This document shows, piece after piece, positions 23,299-24,000 of a stretch of 24,000 nt of DNA. The stretch's first letter is position 1; each line of letters starts with the position of its first letter. A program made the position numbers and the translations under genes. The notes below the pieces were generated by a model, which did no database searches, had not been told where the DNA came from, and saw only the letters and a program-made list of their open reading frames with translations. The DNA is taken from positions 484,759 through 508,758 of the forward strand of contig NZ_JACRSP010000001.1 of NCBI RefSeq assembly GCF_014384765.1. Reading direction: 5' to 3'. Source of the DNA: Feifania hominis. GTDB lineage: Bacteria; Bacillota; Clostridia; Oscillospirales; Feifaniaceae.

Positions 23299-24000
23299 TC
23301 ACTTGAGCAGGCCGTGACGCTCGAGGCAGGCCTTGAGCACGGCATGGTTTGCTTCGCTCATTTCACACAGCGGCAGGCGCAGGGGACCGGCGCCCATCCC
23401 CATCAGGTTCATCGCCTCTTTGACAGGGATGGGATTGACCTCAATGAACAGCGTATTGATCAAATCGAGGTAGTCAAGCTGCATTTTTGTGCTTTCAGCG
23501 ACTTTTCCGTCAAAGAAGAGCTCGCAGATCTCATGGGTTTCGCGGGGCAGAATGTTCGCAAGCACCGAAATGACGCCTTTGCCGCCGAGGGAGAGAACCG
23601 GCAGAATCTGGTCGTCGTTGCCGGAGTAGATCGCGAGCTCATCACCGCAGCGGGCTGCAATCTGAGCCACCTGAGAGAGGTTGCCGCTCGCCTCCTTGAT
23701 GGCCACAATATTCGGAATTTTTGCGAGCTGCTCACAGGTCTCGGGTGTGATATTCAAGCCCGTGCGGCTTGGCACATTGTAGAGAATAATCGGAATTGTG
23801 ACGCTCTCGGCAATCGCAGTATAGTGGCGCACAAGACCCCTCTGGGTGGTCTTGTTGTAGTAGGGGGTGACAAGCAGCAGTGCATCTGCGCCGACCGACT
23901 CAGCGTGACGGGAGGTTTCAATGGCGGTCTGGGTGTTGTTGCTGCCGGCGCCCGCAATGACCGGAACCCGGCCGGCGACCTGCCGCACGGTGAATTCAAT
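23299..24000 (-). CDS. dapA: 4-hydroxy-tetrahydrodipicolinate synthase, N-terminus outside the window
   Basis: [22 protein letters not shown] and IVAIKEASG (catalytic Lys context) are present. The frame stays open to the window edge (…[12 protein letters not shown]), so the GTG at 23988 is internal. Confidence 0.9.
   Translation of the reverse strand: MEFTVRQVAGRVPVIAGAGSNNTQTAIETSRHAESVGADALLLVTPYYNKTTQRGLVRHYTAIAESVTIPIILYNVPSRTGLNITPETCEQLAKIPNIVAIKEASGNLSQVAQIAARCGDELAIYSGNDDQILPVLSLGGKGVISVLANILPRETHEICELFFDGKVAESTKMQLDYLDLINTLFIEVNPIPVKEAMNLMGMGAGPLRLPLCEMSEANHAVLKACLERHGLLK

Noticed and set aside
22641-23306. 221-aa ORF on the + strand opposite dapB, and 149-aa ORF at 22754-23203 on the - strand in another frame
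   Set aside because: dapB on the - strand carries hallmark motifs (GANGAMGR, ERHHNKKIDAPSGTA). The alternative frames give low-complexity sequence.
1-24000. Scan for CRISPR arrays, IS elements or transposases, integrases, prophage genes, and tRNA or rRNA genes
   Set aside because: I saw no regularly spaced direct repeats, no terminal inverted repeats flanking an ORF, no recombinase-like ORFs and no tRNA cloverleaf or rRNA-like segments by eye. The window is essentially core chromosome, apart from the small HD-gene islet and the BlaI/BlaR1-like pair.

Overview
This window looks like a core chromosomal segment from a high-GC, spore-forming Firmicute, probably a member of the Clostridia; the taxon is inferred from gene content and composition. 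Nearly all genes lie on the + strand, tightly packed and often overlapping. The order is gatB (5' partial), a small low-GC HD-domain hydrolase gene, the eight-gene sporulation operon spoIIIAA-AH, an asp23-family gene, nusB, a TsaD/Kae1-like gene, xseA, xseB, ispA, a PAP2-like (DUF212) gene, a ~0.7-kb gap with no ORF, a small four-TM membrane protein gene, dxs, tlyA, nadK, argR, recN and tyrS. A BlaI/BlaR1-type regulator pair follows. An ACT-domain gene, dapB and dapA (partial) converge on the - strand. The most notable feature is the gap at 11742-12468. It has no credible coding potential, has its own near-consensus sigma-A promoter, contains many stable hairpins and ends in a T-tract. It also sits in the published genomic context (ispA - RNA - oapA - dxs) of OLE (ornate, large, extremophilic) RNA and its membrane partner OapA. 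I call it an OLE-class large ncRNA with an OapA-like partner gene; this needs a covariance-model search that I cannot run. Secondary points are a stand-alone alarmone-hydrolase-like gene in a low-GC islet, a BlaR1-like M56 protease whose sensor is a degenerate LytM/M23 domain with palindromic operators upstream, tyrS with no room for a T-box leader, and an orphan aspartokinase-type ACT protein. I saw no CRISPR arrays, transposases, integrases, tRNAs or rRNAs.
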